NCBI GenBank assembly: GCA_907165135.1 | Contig: OU015566.1 | Location: forward strand, 1,674,001 to 1,738,000 | From: Oikopleura dioica | Lineage: Eukaryota > Animalia > Chordata | Length of the DNA stretch: 64,000 nucleotides | Direction: 5' to 3' | Part shown: positions 49,599 to 61,608 of the stretch, in pieces | Position numbering within the stretch: position 1 is the stretch's first letter | How the letters are laid out: each line of letters opens with the position of its first letter | Translations under genes and position numbers: made by a program | The notes under the pieces: model-generated | The model's input: the letters and a program-made list of their open reading frames with translations, nothing else | Database searches by the model: none | Told to the model about the DNA's origin: nothing

Positions 49599-52123
49599 TC
49601 AGTAAATGTAGAAGTTTGAGTATTTGTGATCTCTGTTAAAGTACTCTTGTCGGATGCAAAAATCTTTTCTTTCTCTTCTTCCTCCTCTTCCATTCATCCC
49701 ATCCGCCTTTTCTCCTTCCTCTTCTTTCTCCTTCATAATCTCGATCGCCTCAAGATTTGTACTAACAATCAAAAATGGGAATCGATCATCTTGAATTTCT
49801 TTTTTCAGCGCTTCGTAAACAGGAGTACTGATGTTAGTAAGCAAGATGTTTTCAAAAGAGACGATGAATTTTCCAAGAGCTTCGGCGGAGTAAAAATCGA
49901 GAGAGGAGCATTTCGAGAAATCGAGAATCAGATTCGATGATTTGTTCAGCCCAGAGATCGACATAATGCTGCTCAATATTCCAGAGGTCGAAACATAACT
50001 GAAAATTTTCGACCCGATAAAAAGGGACATTTTGTTTGTCTTACTTGAGAGCAGATGGAAATCTCAGCAAAAAGATTCCATCCTCTTGAATCGGTTTCGC
50101 TTCGGGAAAGAATTTGCTATCTCTGAAGGATCCATCATCAAGCTGGCCAAGAATTTCTATTTTATTTCCATAATAAGTGAGCAAGTAATTTGCCAGCTGG
50201 AGAACCACTGAACTGAACAGCCCCCATTTTGGTCCAAAAAGAACTTTTTTTCGTGATCTTTTTCATTCATTTTTTGAAAGAATTTTTAAGAAAGACCTGA
50301 TCCTGTGAGCACAAATGAGAGAAGCCAAACAACGCCATCAATTTTTCTGAAATTCCAGGATTCAAGGAAGACTTTGAAATTTTTGAGCGCTCTTAGCTCG
50401 TGAATGATGATGATAACTCCGAGGACGGATTTTGGAAGCCATCTGATGACGTCAGGGAGGAGGTAGTAAAATAAAAGAATGACGAGAATGTTTGTTGTTG
50501 GAACAATTCTAGTTCTCATTTTGGCTCAATAATCATTTTTAAATTTGCGCTAAAATACTCGACCAATCAGTAAACAGCTTTTCTCCTAGTGAAAATTTCT
50601 AGAGCCCTCGTCCTAACATCATTTCCAGCCAAATACGCAGAAAGCGATACAGAGCCCATCGCCGGTAAACCATGAAAAACTCCACTGACGCAATTGGCCA
50701 AGCCACTTATCAGCGCAACATTGACAGGATCCTGCTCCAAGCTTTCTGAAACTCTTTGCTCAACAGCAAGAGTGGTGAAGTATCCAGTAATCGCAATGAC
50801 GAAAGAGTCCAGAAGAACTAGCTCTATCATTTTCAAAGTTACTGGTTCTGGTTGGTCGAAGCCAGATTTGAATTCTCCGACAACGTCCAATGTTGACTTG
50901 TATTGCCAAAAGTAGCCAAAGATGATGGAGAAGATAAGGATGAGAAATTCGGATGGAATTTGATAGTTTCTCAGCGCTTTTTTCTTTCGTGAGTTAAAAA
51001 TTTTGGCCACAAACCAAAAAAATGAGGTGAATTTATGGAAGACCAATAAGCTTCCCGTATTTGGCCTGCCGGCCAATCAAAACGCAATCGAGTAAAATAA
51101 CTTCCTTTTATTGGTTAAGCCAAAATTTTTAACCCTTCATAAGATTTATTGATCTCCAAAAATGACGAGATGAAAATCAGACCAATCGCAGAAATCCTAA
51201 AATCTTATCAAAAAATATCAAAACTCAAAACTCACGTGAGGGATGAAACATTCAAAATCGGCAAGTTCTGGAAACTGGCGATGACGATTTTGACACTTCC
51301 AGCGGGCTCGAAAAGAGAAGGCATCAGATCCTTTGAATAGCCGAAAATATTCTTTAGTTGTCCGATGAAGACTTGAACGGCCAAGCCGCAGATGAAGCTT
51401 GACATGACTGAAGTCGGCATGAAAACAGTCAGCTGATCGATGCGGAAGAGAGCGAAGAGGATTTGAAAGATTCCAGTGAAAACGACGAGGGTGACGAGAT
51501 ATTTGCTGCTCAATTCTTCATAGGTAAAATAATCTGGATCGGTTGAATTTTGAGTGAAGTAGTCGGTCCAAGACGATTTGAAGTCAGAAATTGACGCGCC
51601 AACTTGATAAGGATAAACTGATGAGAACAGACTCAACGATCTGAGACTGAGATTGTTAGGAAAATTTCATTATCCTTTTCATTACAGCCATGACATTCGA
51701 GTTACCAAATGCGACTTTTGTATTCGCCGCGAAAATTGTATAAATTGCCTGAGCAAAAATCACCGTGTTCATTCCAGCATAGGGACTGCTCCCCGAAATC
51801 AATGAAACAGACAAGGCAGTCGGAAAGGAAATCAGCGCATAAGTGATTCCAACGATTAGGTCGGACAAAATATCTTTCACTGTGACTCCCTTAAACTTTC
51901 AGAATAGATTTTCCAAAAGAATAAAAACCTGAAAACTGAGGCAGTAAGCAAAAACCGTTTGTTTTAATTTGATCGAGTTGAAGCACCCTGATTTCAATTC
52001 GCCAAGAAATTCTTTGAACGGATTCTAGAGCCAGTTTAAAAGAAGAAATCAATAAATAAGGACCTGTTTTGACTTTTCATAGCCAAGTTCTGCAAGCTGC
52101 TCATCGTAGGAAATTTCTCTCAT
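49599..52123 (-). CDS. SLC26/SulP anion transporter with STAS domain
   Basis: DLIVGITYALISFPTALS..YAG..IYTIF, TGIFQILFALFR..SSFICGLAVQVFIGQLKNIFG, GLANCVSGVFHGLPAMGSVS, LPKSVLGVII. STAS LILDFSKCSSLDFYSAEAL. Confidence 0.9.
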
Positions 52124-52320
52124 TGAAAAATAAAGTCATTATTGATTTCCGTTTTGAAAAATGGTGATTCATTTTCTGATCTGTAGAAAATATTCTCGCT
52201 TTTGAAATATTCTTGATTCTGAAAGCTTTTTACTAATATTATATTACGAAAAAAGGACCGCAGAATCTGTGAGGCAGTGAAAGAATATTTTAACAATTAA
52301 AATCTTCATCGTCATTATTT

Positions 52321-53663
52321 TTAGTCATCATTTGCTACAGTTATCGACGTGCCACCAAGAATCGCTCCCAAATCGTCCAAATCAATCTTCACATTTCCCA
52401 ACGAGCTGGAAAAATTGTAATCTCGGTCGATTTCTGCCTCGAGTTCTTCTCTCGATCGAGCGAGGCTTTTTCTGCTGCTTCTTCTAGAGCTCTTTTCGAT
52501 TTGTTGCTGAGTGGGGAGGGTGTTTTGCATTATGCTCTCGCAGGTGAAATATGGATCGAGCGAGGCCTTTTTGAAATGGCGATCGGCTGAATTTCGACGA
52601 GCAGTGGAGATGAGCGGCTCGATTCCAGGGAAGATTTCTTCGAGATTCGGTTGGTTGGTCTTTTCGATCTAGAAAAAAAAAGGGTTTTAAAAATTTCTTC
52701 AGATTTCTTTTTATGATTTTACCTCACTTTCCATGCGCTCTTTCAACCCATTCAAACTCTGCCTCAAATCATTGGGTCTCATTTCTGTTGAAATATCCGT
52801 CGCATGAATTGTCGATCTGCGCCCATGCTCAGCAAATCCAGTGGCAATCGCTCCATCAGAATTGGCTCTTCTACTGACTCGCTCAGCATGATGGCCATTT
52901 TGTTGGCCATCCTGATATTCTAGCCTCGTTGGTCCCGAATGGCTTGTGCAGCTGAAAATTATTGAAAAATGTCTAGCAAAACCCCTTACCTATTGCAAGT
53001 TTGAGTCGACCCAGCCAAACTAGCCGCTAATTCGGGATGAATTCTTCTCGGCGTTTCTGCTGCATCATCATGTGGACTTTCTACAAAACAATTGTGCTCC
53101 TCCGCTTCTTCATGAATTTCATCGTGCTTCGAGACCGGATAACGAAGTGCTAGAACGTCCATTTCGCGGTATTTTGAAGCATAATGCTCAATCAGAGAGA
53201 CGACACAGGGAAATCCACGATTCTCGCGCGCGCCGTTTTCTACTCCTGTTGAATCTTGGAATCGAAAAAGACCCTGAATAACCTGTAAAATACCTTTTTC
53301 TTAATATTGCTGACCTGTATAAAAGCGATTCTCGTAGCACAAGGGCCCACGAAATGAAGCGTCTGTTGGAGCGTAAAAAGATACTGAGGGTCATTTGAGT
53401 CTCTTATCAAATAGCAGCCGGGCTTACAGCGTCTCATTTTCTCCCTGAAAATTTTTGTTCAAAATTTCAGAGAATTTCTTTGTTCTTTACCTGGCAGCAT
53501 TTCGATTGAGGGAACCGTGGTAGAAGACGCATTTTTCAAGGCAATGCATGGTTTGGCGCAATCGCCATAAATCACGTGTTGCTGTGACGGAGCTGCCATT
53601 TGAAGACAAGGAAGAGTGCGAATATGCATTTGATCCTCGACGAGAGCTTTCCCGGGAGCTCAT
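52321..53663 (-). CDS. SH2-domain protein (SOCS-type SH2, no SOCS box seen)
   Basis: Spliced FYHGSLNRNAAREKMRRCKPGCYLIRDSNDPQYLFTL..TRI..FRF..FPCVVSLIEHY..LRYPV, followed by a ~200-aa low-complexity tail ending ..VANDD*. Confidence 0.8.
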
Positions 53664-54550
53664 TTTCTTCCTAAAATAGATGTCATTTTATTAAAAATGA
53701 AAAAAAAAATCTGAAAAAAATCTCCATTTTCGATAAAGTCGAAAATAGAAGAGATGATTATCGCTTAGTTTTGGGAAGTTGAAAACGTGATTCGATGGAT
53801 TCGCACGAATTTCGGGAAGTAGTAAAGAGGGAACACGTATTTGTCCGAGCTATGGCGTGGGCGGTGGGCGCTACGGCGGTGGTGGTGCGCGGCGCGGCGC
53901 AGGGAACGCGCGCTCCAGGAATTTCGCGCGTTTTCGCTCTTCCAACTCTCTGTTTAGCCACGCGAAATTACTACCTCCCCACGCCCCGGACGAACTAATT
54001 TTCTCACGTTGCGATGAAGTCTATTTCTAACTTTCTTGTACTTTTGCGGAAAAAAAAGATTTAGAAATTCGATTAAGAAATTTTTTGAATCTATTTAAAA
54101 ATCAGTAGAAATTATACTGAATCGAAATTATAGGACGCCGAATTTTAAGAAAAAAAAATGAGAAAGTTAAAAAACGAAATTGTTTTTATAAAATATTAAA
54201 AATTAAAAGAAATCGACTTTTACTTTGATTGTTGGCTAGTAAAAGCATTTTTGTTAGAAATTTTATTTTAGATTAATTTTTATTGATTCGATTCAAGAAG
54301 AATACAACGATATATTTTTCCTCAATGTTTAAGCTCAAATATCTTATTTTTTAAGGTTTTTAAAGCAATCATGAGTTTGAACGAATTAATGAAGTTCGGA
54401 AAAGATAACTTGAATTTGATGAGTATTTACCTTTTATTGAAGTTTTCTCTTCTTTCTTTTTAGTCCATTATCTTATTCTCTTGAAATTTTAAGAAACTGT
54501 TCTTTTCAAAAAAACCTTGAAAGATATTTTTATATAGAAAAATATTTTTA

Positions 54551-55510
54551 ATGCCCGAACGTCGATAAATTTCGGTTTTGAAGCTTCAGTTAAAAATGAA
54601 AGGTCCAGTCGGGCCCGAGGGCGATTGGGTCAGTTCGGAGGAACTTACGACTCGCTCATTCCTCTTCCTCCGCAAGATCTATTCCACCTAGAAACGACCG
54701 CTACGATGAACTCACGCATCGTCACAAAAAATATTTAAAAAGAAAGGAAAGCCTTTTTAGAATAGTTGATAGGTCCAATCAAAACTTCAATAAAAGGTTA
54801 GGGGGTATTTTTAAGGCCAAATTTTGAAGTTTAACTTTTACTAAATCTTCGATACTGAATTTTCGGAGGATTTTATGAATGCTTTTGATGCACTTCTACA
54901 AAAGTGGACTCGAAATGAAGCCTTACCGCGATCGATGTGAATGTGATTAGCTGTTGATGAACCTTTTGCTTCAAATCTCGGCTAATACGCGTAAGCCGCA
55001 GCTCGTCATATGCGCATTATTTCCCGATCAGAATACTCCAGTCGTAGAAATGTACTTTCCTTTTCAACACAGAACCTCTCAAAGCAGAGAAGAACCTTGT
55101 AAGAAGTTCCAGTACTTGTGCTTCTGCAAGTTTTGCAAGACGCATTATACTTATAATACGATCAGAATTACGAACGGAAGATACGATACAAAACCAAGGT
55201 AATTTATTGAAGAAAAAATGTGAAAAATCCGTTTGATGAAAAAAAATAAAATTTTTTGCAAAAAAAAATTTCCTAGAAACGAAAAAATTTCAAGAGACTT
55301 GGATGACGGACGATTTCATCGACGTAAATCATGCGCAACAAGTAAGCCTTTCATTTGAAACCGCGTTCAAAAATTTTAGTTATCGACCCGCCACCAGTAA
55401 ATGGTCGAAAATGGTCCTTGCCTGGTGAGTCTTCCTTGATTTCAAGCCTTTCACGACTCATTTTTAGCCATCAAATTCAAGAAGCAGAGTCTCCGATGAA
55501 AGAAATGAAT
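54551..55510 (+). CDS. Hypothetical multi-exon protein
   Basis: Exon-like blocks with GT donors and AG acceptors (EFSEDFMNAFDALLQKW, FQETWMTDDFIDV). No domain; frame not fully resolved. Confidence 0.3.
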
Positions 55511-55638
55511 AAAAAAGATGCTGTTATCACATTTATTTGAAATCTAACAGAATAAAAAGGGTCAGGACGAGAATGAAAGAGAAAAAAAGTCAGGTTGGAA
55601 ATGAATCTTATTTGCATAGCGTTGCGTAACGGGTGTTT

Positions 55639-56222
55639 TTAAGAAGACGTAATAGCTGGGCGTTTGCAGAGAGGGCAGGCGTTGCAGTATTTTACTGCAT
55701 TCAGGACACATGACTAGGGACGAGGTTAAAAAGGGCCATTTTGATAAGAGAAGATTTTTTCACAAAATCTTTTTTTTTCGTACCTTGTGGAAAATATGGT
55801 CGCAGTTTTTGAGCTGCACGAGAGACTCATCATTGATAAACGGATTCAAGCAGATCGCACAGTCCTTTGGAAAGTTGAGCTTTTCATCCTCCAAAAAATA
55901 TTCTCGAAAAGTGATGTTTTGCAGTCGATCGATCACTTTTGCTAGCTAAAACACAAGTTTGTTATTTGCACATTTATCCAAGCCGATACCTCTGCAATCA
56001 TTTCTTCTGCATTAAGAATTCGCGGCATTTGTGGCAACTCGTCTATTGTGCGATTTGGGTATTTCGGGACAGATTCGATGAAGGGAGATTTGCCGCAATT
56101 GAGACAAGCCCAATTGATGTGTCTGAAAAAAATTTTCAGAAAAATTATCGAAAAAAGTTTCCTTACGTTTCTTCATAAGTCTTGCAGGCATGGCAATAGT
56201 ACAAAATGTCATTTTCATTCAT
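55639..56222 (-). CDS. RNF126/RNF115-like E3 ligase (N-terminal zinc ribbon + RING-H2)
   Basis: LYYCHACK..WACLNCGKSPFIESV matches the RNF115/126 Zn ribbon. RING-H2 CAICLNPF..LKNCDHIFHKSCVLNAVKYCNACPLCKR. Four exons, GT-AG. Confidence 0.82.
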
Positions 56223-57386
56223 TATTTCTCCCTCCCACTGCTTCTTTTTATTTTCTCTCTGACAAAATTCTAAGTCGAATGAATGCGTGTGAGTTTGCTC
56301 GCGCTTTTTATTTGCTCTTTTATTTCTTCAGTAGGAAATCTGAAGGAAAAATGAAAAAACGCTCAGCGCTCGAATATTGATCTCGCGGTTTTGGCTAAAA
56401 AACGGAGAATGGGCGAAAATGGGGTCGGTGAAGCGAAAAGATAATTACTATTTGGAAACGTATCTTGGAATAAATATATACATTGAAAAAAGAGAGAGAT
56501 AAACAATTGTTTTATTAATAAAAAATAATTATTTAAATTTTAAAATTTATTAAAATTATTACTTTAAATAATTTTATTTTATTAGAAAAAAAAAGATTCT
56601 AATTATTAAAAAATTATTAGAATAAAAAATGTATTCATAAAAAATCTAAAAAATTGAATTGTTTTTTTGGAATTTTCCTCTATGATTCCAAAGCTCGAAA
56701 TTTTTTTTTATAAATTAAGGAAAGATTTCTTAAACAAGATGATATCTGTGCTGATCGAAATTCGAATTAAAAATGGTTTCATAATCGAGCGGGCTAGATT
56801 CGGCGATCTGCGGTGAGCAAAAAACGTGGAGTGAAAATGTTCTCGCATTCCTTTCAAAGCCGAAAGTGCGCCCCTAAGATTGGCCAACTATTCAATTTTC
56901 AGAGAAAGAAAACCGCAACAAGGCGCTGTTCTTACCCACGTTGCAATGTACCGCTAAATTTCTAGAATTATTAAGCTTTCAAGAGTCTTATCAAAAAAAC
57001 TAAACGATGTTTTTTTTTTCGCAATTCGACAAGTCTAAAATGACCTTGTTTGAAAGCGCCAGACTCTGGCAGCCACAGCCTTCGACCTTTGATTTACATC
57101 AGAGTGTGCATTCGAGCCCCATCAACTTGATATTTTGAGGCTTGAATTTGCGAATTCGACTTTTAAAAATCAGCGTCGCTGATTTCATGCAACAAGTGGC
57201 TAGACACCGTGGCCTCATGATGCCCTTTTACGATCTAAGTTTTCTAATATTTTTTCTGAATTGAGGGCTGTCAGTTTTCCTGGACATTAAAGGTTGTCTA
57301 CGAAAGATGAAGGTTTCAAGTGGGTTGTACCTAAGATAAGGTAAGTATAATTTGCAGCGATTATAATTAGAATCGGTCCTGTTCAT

Positions 57387-57990
57387 AGCAAAGTTGCAAA
57401 TTTGGTGAGCTGAGTGAGCTGAGCTGACTGATAGCGTCACTCAGCTCAGCTCAGTGATTTTCGAAAATGCTCTTATTAGGATCTGCTCAGCTCCGCTCAG
57501 CTCCGTGACCTCTTAAAAAGCACAGCTCAGCTCAGTGAGCTCCGAAATGGGCCAGCTCAGCTCAGTTCAGAGAATTTTTCACACAGGTCGCTCAGCTCAC
57601 CGAAAATAAATAATTTGCAATTTTGAACCAGAACTTGGCTTAAATTTTGATTGAGCTGAGCTAGATTTTTTGAGAAATAATTGACTGGGCTGAGCTGAGG
57701 AAACTCTTTATAGGGATGTTGAGCTGATCTGAGTGAGCTGTGCTGAGCAGGATTCTATTTAGTGAAAGAAGCAAAAAAGAGTGAGCTGAACTGTTCACCT
57801 TTTGCTCAGCTCAAACAACTTTCACTCAGCTCAGCTCAGCTCAATAATTTTTAAAATGATCTGTTCTGCTCAGCTCAGCTCAATGATCTCAGAAAAAGGT
57901 CAGCTCAGCTCAGTTACCTCTGAGATAGACCAGCTCAGCTCAGCTAAGAGAAATTTTTACTCAGGCCAGCTCAGGTCAGCTCAGCTAAAG
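57387..57990. repeat. Two adjacent TIR-like elements made of CTCAG/CTGAG pentamer arrays
   Basis: (TGAGC)n then (GCTCA)n, twice. The first block is bounded by CAAAGTTGCAAATT..GGTGAGCTGAG / CTCAGCTCACC..AATTTGCAATTTTG. Confidence 0.75.
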
Positions 57991-58618
57991 CCTAACCCAG
58001 GCGGCTTCGCCCCCGAGACCCTCTATCTGACAATCCGACCTTCTGTAGATCAGAGTGTTCTTTCTCTTTTCCCAAATACAAAGAAATCTTTTAGATGATA
58101 TAATTTCTTGAAGAAAATGACGAGTAAGAAGAAAAATAGGGTAACGAGAAGCGGAAGGGACATGTTTTAACTTCTGGTGGTCTTTGGCTGCCCGCAAGGA
58201 CGAGAATCTTGGGGCAGCTCCAACGTGAGTGGTATCAAACCGCAACATTTTTGGTGCGCTGCAAGATTACGTAATCGACTGCCAGGCGGTGGGGGTTACT
58301 GCGGTGTCTTATCAGCAAGGGCGAGAAAGTTGACTTTCAGAAAAAATGAAGAAAAGAAACATTTTTATTACGCAGCTAATTTAGTGTCTATTTGAGAAAA
58401 ATGGTGTTCTCTTCGTTTTAAGTGTTTCTTTTTGCAACAAATTCTGAGCCACAGTTATGATCGTTACGCGGTCGGGATTTTTTGTCTACAGATAAACACC
58501 ACGTTGAGAACTGCACCCTTTCACGGAAGTTAATTTGCTGACATTAACTTCCCAATGAACATGTTTTCAGATAAGAAATTCTTTCTTTTGAAAGTAAAAG
58601 TTTTTGAGATTATATTAA

Positions 58619-58937
58619 GAACCCCCGTCAGCTTTTTTCGAAAAATCAAATTTTGGAATATCAAAATTTTGACCCCGGAAATGGATTCTACGGGTCAAAA
58701 AACGATTTTGGGGCTCCATTTTTTGGGGAGGTGTCTGGAACCGACAAAAAAATTCGACAAATTTTGCGTTGGCGGCTACTCGGCTGCTTATTGGCCGGTT
58801 TGCAAAATGCAGGCTTCTGATTGGTTGAAAATTTCCACGCAAAATTTGTCGAAATTTTTTGTCGGTTCCAGACACCTCCCCCATTTTTTGGGGGTCTATC
58901 TCGACTCCTTCACCCCCAAAATCGCATTTGAAAATCA
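58619..58937. mobile_element. MITE family B, reverse partial copy interrupted by family A
   Basis: TTAA|GAACCCCCGTCAGC.. then reverse complement of 13480-13620, resuming after 58889. Confidence 0.82.
58725..58881. mobile_element. MITE family A copy 4 with 8-bp TSD
   Basis: CATTTTTT|GGGGAGGTGTCTGGAACCGACAAAAAA..(~45-bp TIR)..GTCGGTTCCAGACACCTCCCC|CATTTTTT. The uninterrupted family B copy has a single CATTTTTT here. Confidence 0.92.
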
Positions 58938-59793
58938 TGTCTTTATTTTGGGTTTCAACGGCCTTTCAGAAGCTTGGAAACGATTTTGCAATAGAAAGCT
59001 TCTTTTCCAAAAAATAATTGTAAGAATTGAAATTTCGCGGTCTAAGTATTCCTTCTAGGGTCTGGCTCTTGACTCGACTAATTGGCCACGTTTCTAGTAG
59101 TGCGCGGCGCCCAGTTTGGGTCGCTTCCTCTTGTCGCCAAAGTTTTGGGATCTTGAGAAGGCCGGAAGGTACCTAATGTCGTTGCATCATCAGAAAGTGG
59201 CTCAGCGGCAGGAAAACAGCGATTAATTCAAGACCACATAAGGGCACTCCGAGAGCACGCGCCCAAGTGGATTCGCTTCTCAGGAGAGGGTCAGACAACG
59301 TGAAGGAAACTGCGTTGATGAAAATAAAATGGAATGACCAGGGGTCACCGATTTTATGAATAAAAGATGTTCTGATCCCTGGCGAGGGCCCTTTTCAGCC
59401 AAATCACGCTTCATAATTTATAACGAGTAGCCAATAGATTATTGGAAATACCCGCTCTCTCTCCCTCTTTTTTCGTTTTCGCCGATCAGGGAAATCCCCT
59501 GCGACAGGGCTCTTGTAGCTGGATCGACCAGCTCTTCTTACTGTTAATTCTTACGTGAGGGATTTATATGAGGAAGGAATAAAGTTTGCCAAAAGAAAAG
59601 TGATGTTGTGCGCTGGGTTTTAGAAGTTACCTGGACCGGGTTTACCAAGCGGCGACTTTGGGGCGATAGGGGCACCTTATCGTGTCTCCAGCGGGGGGCC
59701 CTAAACCGTAGTTTCTGTCGTTGATTTTTTTATCTGATAGCTTGGGGACTTGTATCATTAGATCCTTAATGAAAAAACAAACTATGGCTTTAA

Positions 59794-60051
59794 GGACCCC
59801 CGTCAACAATTTTCCTCCAAAAATCGAAAATTTCAAAATAGCTATATTTTGGCTTCTTAGTGTGCCTGGAAGTTTAAAAACTTCATAAAAACTTGCCCAA
59901 AGTAATTTTTGACCAATAAAAATCTGAAATTTTAGCAAAATTTGGTCTTTTTCGTCATTTTGCGTCGAAAAGTCCAATTTTCAAACGCGATTTTGAGGGT
60001 GTTAGAGTCGAGATAGACCCTCAAAAAATGAAGCCTTAAAATCGTCGGTCC
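59794..60051. mobile_element. MITE family B, internally deleted copy
   Basis: TTAA|GGACCCCCGTCAACAATTTTCC ... GGTCC|TTAA; colinear with 13280-13530. Confidence 0.85.
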
Positions 60052-61608
60052 TTAAAAGTTTGAAATCAGAATTTCGGTCTTCCAAAATTGTTTTTATCGG
60101 AGTTTTTTTGAAGCATTTTTGATAAAGATTTTGTATTATCAAATTAAAGACGCCCTAACGCTTCTCAAATTTTCCACGTGCAGTTATTCCCTCACGTTGC
60201 GGACTAGCCTCGCTTCCGGTTTCACAAGCCACATGTGACTTATAACATTAAGAGCCCCTCGATTTAATAATCCTTGTCGCGCGAGCTAACGCCATTAGCC
60301 ACATTAATTACACTTCTGGCGATTCTGAGGTGGTCAAAGCCACCATAATAATAAAATTTACAGCTAAAGCGCGCTCGAAGAGGAAAATTCGCGAGATCGA
60401 AAATGTTGCGAAATTGGTCTCAAGGTTCTTGAGGCCGGAAGCGAGGATTCAAATTTGGACATAACTGGACGAAAAATTAAAAAGAAAAAAATCAAATCGA
60501 AGCTTCTGGAAAAATGACACCTTGCCCGAAATTCACTATACAAGGTACAGCAGGTCCAAGATTTCGTGTGGGATCTAATTGACATTCAAAAAGCTCGGTT
60601 CTTCAAAACATTCCCACAAATAGAAGCGCTTCTTTTCTGAATTGCGGAAATCCATAACGTGAAGGAAAAAAAGTACCGCTGCCAACCAGGTGGGTGAATG
60701 ATTTATCCCCCGTGGACCGAATCCTGTCCACGTGACCACATCTGGGTTCGCATTCGGGAGGCATAATCGGATCTCCACCAGAAAGAGAACACCCCTCCTC
60801 CCGCCGGAGTCGATCCAAATCTCCGCTCAGCTCTTTTTCAACACGAAAGCCATCTTCCGAAAAATGATTTCTTCTGAAAAAGAAGTGAGATTTATAGCTT
60901 GATGATCTTCTCATTGTTATTTTTCAATCAAATCTTGACATTTGGCCGGTAGGCCAATCAAATTTTAGGAAAAAAAAATCGCATAAAATCGATTTTTTCG
61001 ATTTTTTTTATTGGAGAAAATTTTTTTTCAAAAAAAATTCTCATAAAAATTAGTCAGAGCTTTGCACAAAAACGTATTTCCTGCTCTATCATAATCAAAA
61101 GCACCAGTAGAGCAAACGCAACACTATCAAACGCCGATAACTTTGACCGATCACGTGCTTCTCACGTTTTCTCCCGGTGTACCAAAAGAAGCCATTTCAG
61201 TCGAGTTGGCATAATCGAAAATTGGCAGCGGGCGTAATTATTTTCGGACTCTGATCGGATTTTAACAGCTCAACGTCAATTTCCTACCTTGGCTAATCGG
61301 ATCTAGTTGTGTGTTTTTCATCCAACTCAGGACGAGCCGAGCGATGGTGAATTTCAACGACAGCGAGTTTATATAATTTGAAAAAACAAAGCTTAGTACC
61401 CCCTCTTTTTGCCCTTTTCTCGGGTCAATAGAATACATTCGTCCCTGCCAATCAACAATTAACTGTCTCTTTTTCTTACTATCAAAGTCATACAGTAATT
61501 CTAAATCGCGCTCTTGTCTTATCGTTTATTCACCATTTCATTTGATACCCATTTAAATATGATGCTTTGAGTTCATTCTCGAAAAAAATCTCATAAGCGA
61601 CATAAAAA

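Noticed and set aside
59050-60914. Possible minus-strand gene
   Set aside because: Some exon-like stretches, but no coherent frame or domain could be built.
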